25,104 nucleotides of DNA, taken from positions 1 through 25,104 of the IMG/VR virus record IMGVR_UViG_3300005758_000163, one strand, 5' to 3'. The notes under the pieces were generated by a model. The model was not told where the DNA came from. It ran no database searches and worked only from the letters and a program-made list of their open reading frames with translations. The position numbers and the translations under genes are program-made. Position 1 is the first letter of the stretch, and each line of letters begins with the position of its first letter. The stretch comes from a virus (lineage: Duplodnaviria; Caudoviricetes). Below, one piece after another: positions 1 through 7,373 of this stretch.

Positions 1-60
1 GAACTGATTGAAAAAATAAACAACGACCTTAAATTAATCTATCAACCAACTAATTAAGTT

Positions 61-483
61 ATGCAAGCTAAAACAGAACAAACAAAGAAATTCATGGGCA
101 ATACAGCCCTATGGTTTTACGACAGAAGTATTTATGATGATGCCTTGACTAGTGGTGTCATTGAAGATAAACAGGGCAAACTTCTTGCGGAGTGGCAAGA
201 GAAGCCTAACCTTGACATTGATACCATTGCAAAGAAACCTGTTAGGTTTATGTTGTGTGCATTGGGTGTTAGAGAGTGGAGAGATACAATGTTATGGAGA
301 CGTGCGTATGAGGAAGGAATGAGGTTTGAGACCCCCGACCCAATGACGTTATCAGAAATATCAGACGATGGATTGTATGATATTTTTTGGTATTATGTAG
401 GACTCGTTGAGTCATTTGCATCTACACCTTGGGGTTATCACTTCCAACAAGAAATAGAACTAAGAGAAAACGGTTATGAATAA
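61..483 (+). CDS. hypothetical phage protein (140 aa)
   Basis: ATG ORF after an A/T-rich leader; overlaps the next ORF start; no recognisable motif. Confidence 0.7.
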   Translation: MQAKTEQTKKFMGNTALWFYDRSIYDDALTSGVIEDKQGKLLAEWQEKPNLDIDTIAKKPVRFMLCALGVREWRDTMLWRRAYEEGMRFETPDPMTLSEISDDGLYDIFWYYVGLVESFASTPWGYHFQQEIELRENGYE

Positions 484-673
484 GTTAAAAGTCTATCGTA
501 GAGATTCAAGACACCTTAAAGGTAAGGACTTGAAGATTGCATTGTCTCGTCGTATTACAAGTGAGACAGCACAACTTAATTACTTAATGGCTAACAGACC
601 TAAGTCAAACGAAACAACCGAGCAACTATACCTACTTTCTCAATTGAGAAGTTGGAGACAGTCACTCGACTGA
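476..673 (+). CDS. hypothetical protein (65 aa)
   Basis: ORF overlapping the upstream stop; fits the dense + strand gene tiling. Confidence 0.6.
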   Translation: MNKLKVYRRDSRHLKGKDLKIALSRRITSETAQLNYLMANRPKSNETTEQLYLLSQLRSWRQSLD

Positions 674-695
674 TGATAGTGTAAAAGAATAAAAC

Positions 696-1001
696 ATGAA
701 AGAACTAGTAGAAATTTACCGAGCATCGTGCCACGAAACATTTTATTCATACGATACTGTGATTAAAAAGCACGTGGACAACAATACCAAATTCAAAATG
801 ACTTATGAAGCAAGCAATGCTGTTGAAATATTTTCAGGATATCAATTAGTAAATGGCAAGTGGGAAAAGTTATTTGACATGCAAGACCTAGAAGAAATAC
901 CCGACAGATCAATGTACACAAAAGGCACAAAAGAAAGATTGCAGAAGGCTAACAATTTGTTCAACAGAGGTATGTTTTTATTTTTGGTTATTAATTCATA
1001 A
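696..1001 (+). CDS. hypothetical protein (101 aa)
   Basis: ATG after an A-rich leader; tiles with neighbours. Confidence 0.65.
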   Translation: MKELVEIYRASCHETFYSYDTVIKKHVDNNTKFKMTYEASNAVEIFSGYQLVNGKWEKLFDMQDLEEIPDRSMYTKGTKERLQKANNLFNRGMFLFLVINS

Positions 1002-1004
1002 ATT

Positions 1005-1157
1005 ATGAAAACAATAACATTATTCATTATCTTAGCGTCCTTTCAAAATCAAGATGGCACGTATCGTTACGCAGTAAAAGACACGTGTGGAAAGACATAT
1101 CATCTTATGATGACGGAACACAAAAATGTAGGAGACACAATTAAACTAAACCAATAA
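1005..1157 (+). CDS. small hypothetical protein (50 aa, MKTITLFIILASF...)
   Basis: Read manually (below ORF-track cutoff); exactly fills the 1001-1162 gap. Confidence 0.55.
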   Translation: MKTITLFIILASFQNQDGTYRYAVKDTCGKTYHLMMTEHKNVGDTIKLNQ

Positions 1158-1161
1158 ACTG

Positions 1162-1404
1162 ATGACACCGAAAGAAAAAGCAATTGAGTTGATTGAAATA
1201 TACAGAAACGAAATAATATCTTTTCTGAATGATTTTATGAAAAAACAAAACGCAAAAAAATGCGCACTAATAACCGTCGACGAAATACTAAACAACACTG
1301 GTTGCGGATGTTGCAATCAATCAGAAAAAAACTATTGGAATCAAGTAAAACAAGAAATTGAAAACTATGACACCCGAACAGGAAGCCAAGCACTTATACA
1401 ATGA
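1162..1404 (+). CDS. small phage protein, MTPKEKA...CALITVDEIL...YWNQVKQEIE type
   Basis: Similar layout to the adjacent ORF at 1367 (MTP start, central C, late QVK). Confidence 0.7.
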   Translation: MTPKEKAIELIEIYRNEIISFLNDFMKKQNAKKCALITVDEILNNTGCGCCNQSEKNYWNQVKQEIENYDTRTGSQALIQ

Positions 1405-1570
1405 GATGTTGTATATGTACCCAGACCCCATCGATGAGCAGATAGCACGTTATTGCTCTATCTTGGCAATCAAGAAAGTAATTGAGGCCCTAAAATCACA
1501 CGAGTGGCAAAACAGAAATGAGATTGCACACTACGAACAAGTAAAACATTACCTAACATTCCACATATAA
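1367..1570 (+). CDS. small phage protein, probable paralog of 1162-1404
   Basis: MTPEQEAKHLY...CSILAIKKVI...HYEQVKHYL; ATG at 1367 preferred to TTG at 1358. Confidence 0.65.
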   Translation: MTPEQEAKHLYNEMLYMYPDPIDEQIARYCSILAIKKVIEALKSHEWQNRNEIAHYEQVKHYLTFHI

Positions 1571-1575
1571 TACAT

Positions 1576-1812
1576 ATGATAAATAAAGAAGATTTAATTC
1601 ACATGGGCTTTGAGTCTATGGTTTTTGATGACTATGAGTTTATGCGACTCAAGATTACAGATTATGACTACCTTATTGGTGACATCAACGAAATGGGGGT
1701 AATGCAAGTACAGGTTGGTGATATGGATATTTTTATATCTGAGGCCTCAGACCTAAAACAACTTATCGAAATATTTAACAATTCAAACAAATCAAACAAT
1801 GACAAAATCTAA
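1576..1812 (+). CDS. hypothetical acidic protein (78 aa)
   Basis: ORF tiling. Confidence 0.6.
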   Translation: MINKEDLIHMGFESMVFDDYEFMRLKITDYDYLIGDINEMGVMQVQVGDMDIFISEASDLKQLIEIFNNSNKSNNDKI

Positions 1813-2308
1813 AAGAGTATTGGACAAACCAACAGCAGACAAATTAGAAAAGATTCACTCACAATTAGAATCTTATTTCGGTGTATCAAAAGAAACCTAC
1901 ACAAGTACACAGGTAACAAACATGGTTATCATACGCAACATCGGTTGCTATGTATCTCTTGAGTTAGAGAAAATCAATCAAGACCTCGTAGCACAATCCT
2001 TTGGTCGCGACAGAACAACTATGTACCACATGCTTAGAACCGTAGATTGCTGGCTTGATCTTCCCGCACAATATCCAAACGAGTACACAATGCTCACAGG
2101 ATTTATCTCTGCATACAAAGGTCATGTAGATAAAGAACTGCGTGTGTACTTGGTTGACGATGAAGATGATGATGAGATGACAGACGAAGAGTTCATGCTA
2201 AATGCTGAGGCTGTTGGTAAAGTCTACTCACTTACTGGCTTTCAAGAAGCCTATAATAATCGTGAGTTTGTATTCACTCAATATTCAATCAGAATCATAG
2301 GAGTATAA
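1799..2308 (+). CDS. DnaA C-terminal (domain IV)-like HTH protein fused to an acidic C-terminal module
   Basis: SYFGVS...RNIGCYV...VAQSFGRDRTTMYH resembles DnaA domain IV (RQIAMYL...IG..FG.RDHTTVLH); no AAA+ domain. Confidence 0.65.
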   Translation: MTKSKRVLDKPTADKLEKIHSQLESYFGVSKETYTSTQVTNMVIIRNIGCYVSLELEKINQDLVAQSFGRDRTTMYHMLRTVDCWLDLPAQYPNEYTMLTGFISAYKGHVDKELRVYLVDDEDDDEMTDEEFMLNAEAVGKVYSLTGFQEAYNNREFVFTQYSIRIIGV

Positions 2309-2309
2309 A

Positions 2310-2504
2310 ATGAAAAGATTAGATATCAACCAACGCAAACAACTTATTGCTTTACTTGTGCATCATATGATGTACTCTGACGATAAGTATGCCCATATCC
2401 TTGCTATGTTGGATAGATGGGAGAGTGAGACCCCAAGCCAGGGATTTGATTTTACATTCGATGAGTTTAAAGAAAAAAGAATTGTTAGAAACAGAAAGAA
2501 GTAA
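2310..2504 (+). CDS. hypothetical protein (64 aa)
   Basis: Starts 1 nt after the upstream stop. Confidence 0.6.
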   Translation: MKRLDINQRKQLIALLVHHMMYSDDKYAHILAMLDRWESETPSQGFDFTFDEFKEKRIVRNRKK

Positions 2505-2512
2505 TATATTTG
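2505..2512 (+). promoter_or_regulatory. Bacteroidota sigma-A-type -7 box (TAnnTTTG)
   Basis: TATATTTG directly after a stop codon, 4 nt before ATG 2517; same arrangement as at 15860. Confidence 0.5.
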
Positions 2513-2516
2513 TGCC

Positions 2517-2633
2517 ATGTACTTGATGACAATAGTCTTTGTTGAGAATACGGTAACGTGGACATCAACAGCAGTAAGTGACACAATGTTTAGATATTAC
2601 TACATTTATAACGATTTATATGAAGACGATTAA
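2517..2633 (+). CDS. small hypothetical protein (38 aa)
   Basis: Read manually; follows the -7 box and overlaps the next start. Confidence 0.35.
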   Translation: MYLMTIVFVENTVTWTSTAVSDTMFRYYYIYNDLYEDD

Positions 2634-2742
2634 ACAACTTTGGGCTCATGTTGAAAAATTTGCAGAAGAGCATCCTTTCGCAGCATCTATGTCAATAACA
2701 TTTATAATTTGGCTATCGCTAATTTATATTATGTTATTTTAA
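2620..2742 (+). CDS. small single-pass membrane protein (40 aa)
   Basis: MKTIKQLWAHVEKFAEEHPFAASMSITFIIWLSLIYIMLF; hydrophobic C-terminus; read manually. Confidence 0.5.
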   Translation: MKTIKQLWAHVEKFAEEHPFAASMSITFIIWLSLIYIMLF

Positions 2743-2753
2743 TAAAAAAGATT

Positions 2754-3254
2754 ATGGTATTAAAAATTAATGACGACCTTCAATTGGTTCGGTACAGAGA
2801 TATGACCAAAGGTTTTTGGGTATCTGTTTTGATTAACATTTTATTGGGTTCAGGCTTGATTTACTATAGCCAACTTCCAGAAAAGATTCTCTACATAACT
2901 CACACTAAAACAGTTGAGGCAGTTGCAGAACAAGACGTCAAACTCACAGACTCAGGCATAACAGCCGAATTAACTAAGAACGGTGCAGTGTTAGCAGCAA
3001 TGGCATGTGCACAATCTAAGATAGAAAGTAATCACGGCAAGTCTAATGTGGGACAACAGGCAAAAAATTTATTTGGAATTACGTACCACAATTGTAAATT
3101 TGTAGCCGGAAAGCATAGGATGTACGCAAAATACAACACGTATCGAGATTGTATTAAGTGCTACATTCACATACAAAACAGATATCTAAATAAGATTGAC
3201 GGTTCGTATGCTTCCGACCCACGATATGTTCAAACACTAAAGTCAGTAAAATGA
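2754..3254 (+). CDS. membrane-anchored GH73-like glucosaminidase (peptidoglycan hydrolase)
   Basis: N-terminal TM segment (FWVSVLINILLGSGLIYY); AQSKIESNHG, NLFGI and YASDPRY match GH73 AQAxLES / NLFGIK / YATDPxY; ATG at 2754. Confidence 0.75.
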   Translation: MVLKINDDLQLVRYRDMTKGFWVSVLINILLGSGLIYYSQLPEKILYITHTKTVEAVAEQDVKLTDSGITAELTKNGAVLAAMACAQSKIESNHGKSNVGQQAKNLFGITYHNCKFVAGKHRMYAKYNTYRDCIKCYIHIQNRYLNKIDGSYASDPRYVQTLKSVK

Positions 3255-3475
3255 ATATCATGATCAAAAGCACGTATGATTGGTTGTTGCACTTCAACCC
3301 ATACAATCAAATGTGGAATATGTTCCACCGTGAAGATACCGTTGCGTATTGGAACGCAGAGGAGTTTAAGCATCCTCACATCAAGAGTTCATCTTTGGAT
3401 ACACTCAAACACATTCTTGATGAAACAAACGGACTAGAAGATAAAATAATCGAATACTTAAAAGAACACTCATGA
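3251..3475 (+). CDS. hypothetical protein (74 aa)
   Basis: ATGA start/stop overlaps at both ends. Confidence 0.65.
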   Translation: MNIMIKSTYDWLLHFNPYNQMWNMFHREDTVAYWNAEEFKHPHIKSSSLDTLKHILDETNGLEDKIIEYLKEHS

Positions 3476-3669
3476 ACACAACAAACAACAAGCTAGTAGA
3501 AAAAGAAAAACTAAGCGAGAACACAGAGAATGCATTTGCCGAATTGGTCAAGTCCATCGCAAACTACAGAAAAGAAAATCTGATTGCAATTGTATCACGC
3601 TATGACCAAGAACATTTGACACGAGAAGAATTAGTTAATTTATTAGTAGCAGAAATCACAAGAATTTAA
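3472..3669 (+). CDS. hypothetical protein (65 aa)
   Basis: ATGA overlap with the upstream gene. Confidence 0.6.
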   Translation: MNTTNNKLVEKEKLSENTENAFAELVKSIANYRKENLIAIVSRYDQEHLTREELVNLLVAEITRI

Positions 3670-3711
3670 TCAAAATTAAAATTAAAACAATTTAATTATT
3701 AGAAAAAGTTT

Positions 3712-4116
3712 ATGGATAATCATATAATTATTGAGAGACGCAACCGTTATAACGATGTCATTCGTTTTGAAAAGGAAGGAAACACCGTTAAGATGACGGG
3801 CATGTATGAAATGGGTTTGCGTTTTGGATTGGCTAACGATTATGATACAGCCTATATTCATTATATGAATGGGGCCTCAGAACCTACTCTATCTCGCGAA
3901 GAGTTCGAAAGAAAGATGGAGGCAGACTATGACTTCTTCAATAAATACTCCAAGCATGTAAGGTCTAAGGAGAATGTTATTGACTTTGTAGACCCAAGTG
4001 GAGGACCATACATTGCAGTTGGTTCCAATCTTGCATACTACTTTCAATGTGAAGACAACATGATTGTAAATAAAATCGACATCAATGAAGAAGCGATTGT
4101 ATTTTCTATCGATTAG
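3712..4116 (+). CDS. hypothetical phage protein (134 aa)
   Basis: ATG ORF containing DFVDPSGGPYI; function unknown. Confidence 0.7.
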   Translation: MDNHIIIERRNRYNDVIRFEKEGNTVKMTGMYEMGLRFGLANDYDTAYIHYMNGASEPTLSREEFERKMEADYDFFNKYSKHVRSKENVIDFVDPSGGPYIAVGSNLAYYFQCEDNMIVNKIDINEEAIVFSID

Positions 4117-4216
4117 ACTAAAGAACTTTTGGTCTGACTTTGCCCCCTGTATTGTAGACTTTACAATCATAGGCTTATTGGGATTCTGGATATATTGGAC
4201 AAGATGGAGAAAGTAA
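4085..4216 (+). CDS. possible small membrane protein (43 aa)
   Basis: MKKRLYFL...IVDFTIIGLLGFWIYWTRWRK bridges the 4116-4204 gap; read manually. Confidence 0.35.
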   Translation: MKKRLYFLSIRLKNFWSDFAPCIVDFTIIGLLGFWIYWTRWRK

Positions 4217-4590
4217 GAAAACAAAAATCAAAACACCAAACAACCATTAGTATTCCTAATGGACTGTACGATCAATTGCATCAACTTGCACACAAATTTG
4301 ATTTTAGAGACGTAGATGTATTGGTGTCTGATTTAGTTTATTACTACTGCATCAAACATAGAGTTAGATTATCACGAAAGGCATTTGCCAAAAGAAAGCC
4401 TAACAAGTTAATCAACGTTACAATGACCCGAAGAAACTCCACGACATTGGCAGCATACGCCAATACAATCGGAGTAGATTACAATACGATTATGAATCAA
4501 ATCATCAAATCATCAATCGGAAAATTAAAAGAAAAGCAAAATAAAAATGAAGAAAGTAGCAGCGATATACACGAGAGTGTCACACGTTGA
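4204..4590 (+). CDS. putative tandem ribbon-helix-helix DNA-binding protein
   Basis: Two strand-helix-helix-like units: TTISIPNGLYDQLHQLAHK..DVDVLVSDLVYYY and INVTMTRRNSTTLAAYANTIGVDYNTIMNQII; basic linker. Confidence 0.55.
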   Translation: MEKVRKQKSKHQTTISIPNGLYDQLHQLAHKFDFRDVDVLVSDLVYYYCIKHRVRLSRKAFAKRKPNKLINVTMTRRNSTTLAAYANTIGVDYNTIMNQIIKSSIGKLKEKQNKNEESSSDIHESVTR

Positions 4591-5242
4591 CCAAGTTGAA
4601 GACGGCTCTTCGTTAGACAATCAGTTGGAGAAACTACAAGCGTTCTGTAAGATGAATGACTACGAGATTCGTTATCAGTTCTCAGACCCAGGCGTATCAG
4701 GTAAACGATTTGAGAATCGTCCCGAGTTCATGAAGATGATTAGATTGGCTGAACAAAAGAAGATTGATGTAGTTGCCGTATACAGTCTATCTCGTTTTGG
4801 TAGGAATCTCAAAGATACTTTGAAGTGGATTGACTTCCTCGAAAAGAAAGACGTGGCATTCTACACACAAGACTTTCAAGTAGACACTCGTACATCTCAT
4901 GGCAAACTGATGCTTCAAATGATTGCGGCATTTGCTGAGTTTGAATCAAATCAAAGGGGAGAACTTATCACAAGTGTTATGTCACACTTAAAGAAAGAAC
5001 GCAAGGTATATTGTGGCGTTACCCCATTGGGCTTTCACAAAGTTGATGGGAAACTAATACCTGATGATAGTGAAATGAAGATAGTCAAAACAGTTTACGA
5101 TTTGAGGGAGGGAGGCCTCACTTACAAAGACATAGCCCGTGAACTAAACAAACAAGGAATCAAAGGCAAGAAGGGTGGGAGAATAGAATCAACAACCATA
5201 ACCAAAATACTAAGAAACAACATATATGAAGGACTCATTTGA
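4547..5242 (+). CDS. serine recombinase (catalytic domain plus short recombinase-domain-like C-terminus), 231 aa
   Basis: IYTRVS (catalytic Ser), SLDNQ, DPGVSG..RPEF, SLSRFGRN, AFAEFE; C-terminal PLGF...IARELN..G...ITKILRN. Confidence 0.9.
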   Translation: MKKVAAIYTRVSHVDQVEDGSSLDNQLEKLQAFCKMNDYEIRYQFSDPGVSGKRFENRPEFMKMIRLAEQKKIDVVAVYSLSRFGRNLKDTLKWIDFLEKKDVAFYTQDFQVDTRTSHGKLMLQMIAAFAEFESNQRGELITSVMSHLKKERKVYCGVTPLGFHKVDGKLIPDDSEMKIVKTVYDLREGGLTYKDIARELNKQGIKGKKGGRIESTTITKILRNNIYEGLI

Positions 5243-5576
5243 TTGGGAAAAGATATTAATCTACACGCCCAGCGGATTTATTTTTGCAATAACCGACGAT
5301 GACTATCTACGCTATCGTACTGATATGCTATCAGATATAGCCAGCGATAAAATGATTTACGATGATTCGGCTAGTTATGATAAAGCATCCGAAGTAATTA
5401 GAAAATCTACTTGGATGGAATTATCAAAATACATTACCTTTGTAGACTTCCTCGAAACAAGTTCATCTGATATTTTGCAAGAAAGCATGATTAGGAGAGT
5501 ACCTGAACTCGACAAGGAAAAGCACAGAACAGCCATTGTAGACAAAAGAAAAAAGTTTAGAGACCTACTAACCTAA
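5226..5576 (+). CDS. hypothetical protein (116 aa)
   Basis: Overlaps the recombinase stop; tiling. Confidence 0.65.
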   Translation: MKDSFDWEKILIYTPSGFIFAITDDDYLRYRTDMLSDIASDKMIYDDSASYDKASEVIRKSTWMELSKYITFVDFLETSSSDILQESMIRRVPELDKEKHRTAIVDKRKKFRDLLT

Positions 5577-5578
5577 TT

Positions 5579-5716
5579 ATGAAAGCAAGAGTAATCCAAG
5601 CCACAGTTAACAACCAAATACAATGGCGTGTTTATTATAACCAAGAGATTGTGGCAACATTTGCACAATACAATCACGCAATTTATTTTAGGGATTACCT
5701 AAACGAAAACTATTAA
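5579..5716 (+). CDS. small hypothetical protein (45 aa, MKARVIQATV...)
   Basis: Read manually; starts 2 nt after the upstream stop. Confidence 0.55.
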   Translation: MKARVIQATVNNQIQWRVYYNQEIVATFAQYNHAIYFRDYLNENY

Positions 5717-5726
5717 ACTCACAATT

Positions 5727-5961
5727 ATGAAAATTAAAGTAAAAGTAGAACTGTACGATAAAATGCTCGAAGACATGGGCATAGAAGACACAAGAGTAGT
5801 TGATATGATTCTCGAAACAGACCATATTACTGCCATCAGACCATCAGTTATTGAGGGTGAGGTCTCAGATATAGAAACATGCATATACAGTTAGCGGTGA
5901 AACATTCATTGTTAGAACACCATTCTCTTATCTCTGTAAAATATTATACAATGAGCAATAA
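5727..5961 (+). pseudogene. small gene with an apparent frameshift near 5888-5893 (or an assembly error)
   Basis: Frame from ATG 5727 stops at TAG 5892-5894; the +1 frame continues SGETFIVRTPFSYLCKILYNEQ* to 5961, overlapping the next ATG like neighbouring genes. Confidence 0.45.
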
Positions 5962-6169
5962 TAAACAACAAACGGCAGTGGAATATTTAGTTGAACAATT
6001 ATTTCCAAAAGCATTAAGCGCAGAACAATATTATCATATTGAACAAGCCAAAGCAATGCAAAAACAACAAGCAGAACATTACGCAACTTTCATAACAAAT
6101 TGTGTAATAAATAATTTACCAACTATAACTTTTAACGACTGGATTAATTTACATAACAATGAACAATAA
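5951..6169 (+). CDS. small phage protein (KQQTAVEYL...EQAKAM type)
   Basis: ATG at 5951; shares a 19-bp exact repeat with the next gene. Confidence 0.65.
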   Translation: MSNNKQQTAVEYLVEQLFPKALSAEQYYHIEQAKAMQKQQAEHYATFITNCVINNLPTITFNDWINLHNNEQ

Positions 6170-6310
6170 ACAAAGTAGCATTGAGTTATTCATTGACCAA
6201 CTTGAAGAAAAGGGAAAAGCCTACGAAGAAACCGTAGGAGTCAGAACTGTTAATATATGTATTGACGTAAGCGAGTACATGGAGTTAAAACAACAAGCCA
6301 AAGCAATGCA
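6042..6310 (+). repeat. 19-bp exact direct repeat AACAAGCCAAAGCAATGCA at 6042-6060 and 6292-6310
   Basis: Seen directly; encodes QAKAM in both paralogous genes. Confidence 0.85.
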
Positions 6311-6428
6311 CAGGGAAGAGATTAACGATGCATATTGGCTTGGATATGGAGACCATCAAACACAAGACATCCATGATTTAGATGAGATATTTGAGTATAT
6401 TTTTGGAGGTAACAATGAGCAAAACTAA
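6159..6428 (+). CDS. small phage protein, paralog of 5951-6169
   Basis: MNNKQSSIELFIDQL...QQAKAMHREEI. Confidence 0.7.
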   Translation: MNNKQSSIELFIDQLEEKGKAYEETVGVRTVNICIDVSEYMELKQQAKAMHREEINDAYWLGYGDHQTQDIHDLDEIFEYIFGGNNEQN

Positions 6429-6738
6429 ACAAATAAAAATACCAATGAGATTAGCAGAAGAAAATATTTTACAGACCGATGACTTTAAATATAAGTTAGT
6501 CCGTGAACAGGATGGTCTTACTAAAAAATCAAAAGAAGTAATGTGGTTGGAGTGGAATGAAACAGGTAAGTTCAAAGACAGACATAGCGAACCCGAAGTA
6601 GGGCGTTGCTTATTGATGTCCCCATTTAACGATACGTTTACTTGGATGACTACAGACATCACAGAGATAATAGAACAAGAAGAGAATTACGTTAAGTTCA
6701 AAACCAAAAACAGCACCTATACATTATGGTACGAGTAA
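6415..6738 (+). CDS. hypothetical phage protein
   Basis: ATG at 6415 (MSKTKQ) fits the repeated junction pattern. Confidence 0.7.
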   Translation: MSKTKQIKIPMRLAEENILQTDDFKYKLVREQDGLTKKSKEVMWLEWNETGKFKDRHSEPEVGRCLLMSPFNDTFTWMTTDITEIIEQEENYVKFKTKNSTYTLWYE

Positions 6739-7010
6739 CAAGAGAACAAAAGCGACAACAAGCAGTAATAGATATCATTAATCAGATGTTTGTTATTGCA
6801 GGTCATGAAGTCACTTATGATGACATTAAAGACCGTAAAGATGATTGGTTTACTGATTGGACTATGACGGTTGCTCAATCAGAAGAATGGAGAGAGTGGG
6901 GTATAGCCTACTTACGCAAAAATCTAAGAATGAATAAAACATTAGCAGAAAAAGAGATGACTTGGTTCAACTTACAGTGGGGCCTCAAATACTCAGATTA
7001 CAACATTTAA
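6726..7010 (+). CDS. hypothetical protein (94 aa, Trp-rich)
   Basis: Overlapping tiling. Confidence 0.7.
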   Translation: MVRVTREQKRQQAVIDIINQMFVIAGHEVTYDDIKDRKDDWFTDWTMTVAQSEEWREWGIAYLRKNLRMNKTLAEKEMTWFNLQWGLKYSDYNI

Positions 7011-7025
7011 AACTAAAACCAAACG

Positions 7026-7370
7026 ATGAAAAACGAAGACTATCAAATCATTAAGTTAATCCTTAAAGGATTGATTGAGAAGCAAACAAATGGAGAGTGG
7101 TCTTATTTAGATGACTTGTTTTATTCTTTGTCTGAAAAGATTGAAGAGAGTGAGACCCCATCTAAAAGATTCCAACCTCCAACAATGGAAGAGATTGCAC
7201 TCTACCTAAACTCATTAAACGTATTAAACCCACAACAAGAAGCAGAGAAGTTTTGGAACTTCTATGAATCAAAAGGTTGGATGATCGGTAAGAATAAAAT
7301 GAAAAGCTGGAAAGCAGCAATCAAGACTTGGAAGTTCCCCGTGAGAGGACAAAAAGGACTTATTTTCTAA
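7026..7370 (+). CDS. replication-associated protein with a helical C-terminal domain typical of phage replication organisers/helicase loaders
   Basis: FQPPTMEEI...AEKFWNFYESKGWMIGKNKMKSWKAAIKTW; directly upstream of the primase-helicase. Confidence 0.6.
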   Translation: MKNEDYQIIKLILKGLIEKQTNGEWSYLDDLFYSLSEKIEESETPSKRFQPPTMEEIALYLNSLNVLNPQQEAEKFWNFYESKGWMIGKNKMKSWKAAIKTWKFPVRGQKGLIF

Positions 7371-7373
7371 ACA

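Noticed and set aside
4547-5242. IS607-family transposon or full integrase
   Set aside because: No N-terminal MerR-like HTH, no tnpB, no visible ends; too short for a complete large serine integrase
5892-5894. TAG reassignment as in some crAss-like phages
   Set aside because: Readthrough meets TGA two codons later; long genes are intact in code 11; TAG ends genes sensibly at 4116 and 18433
6042-6310. Diversity-generating retroelement TR/VR pair
   Set aside because: Only 19 bp, no adenine-specific mismatches, and no reverse transcriptase in the window
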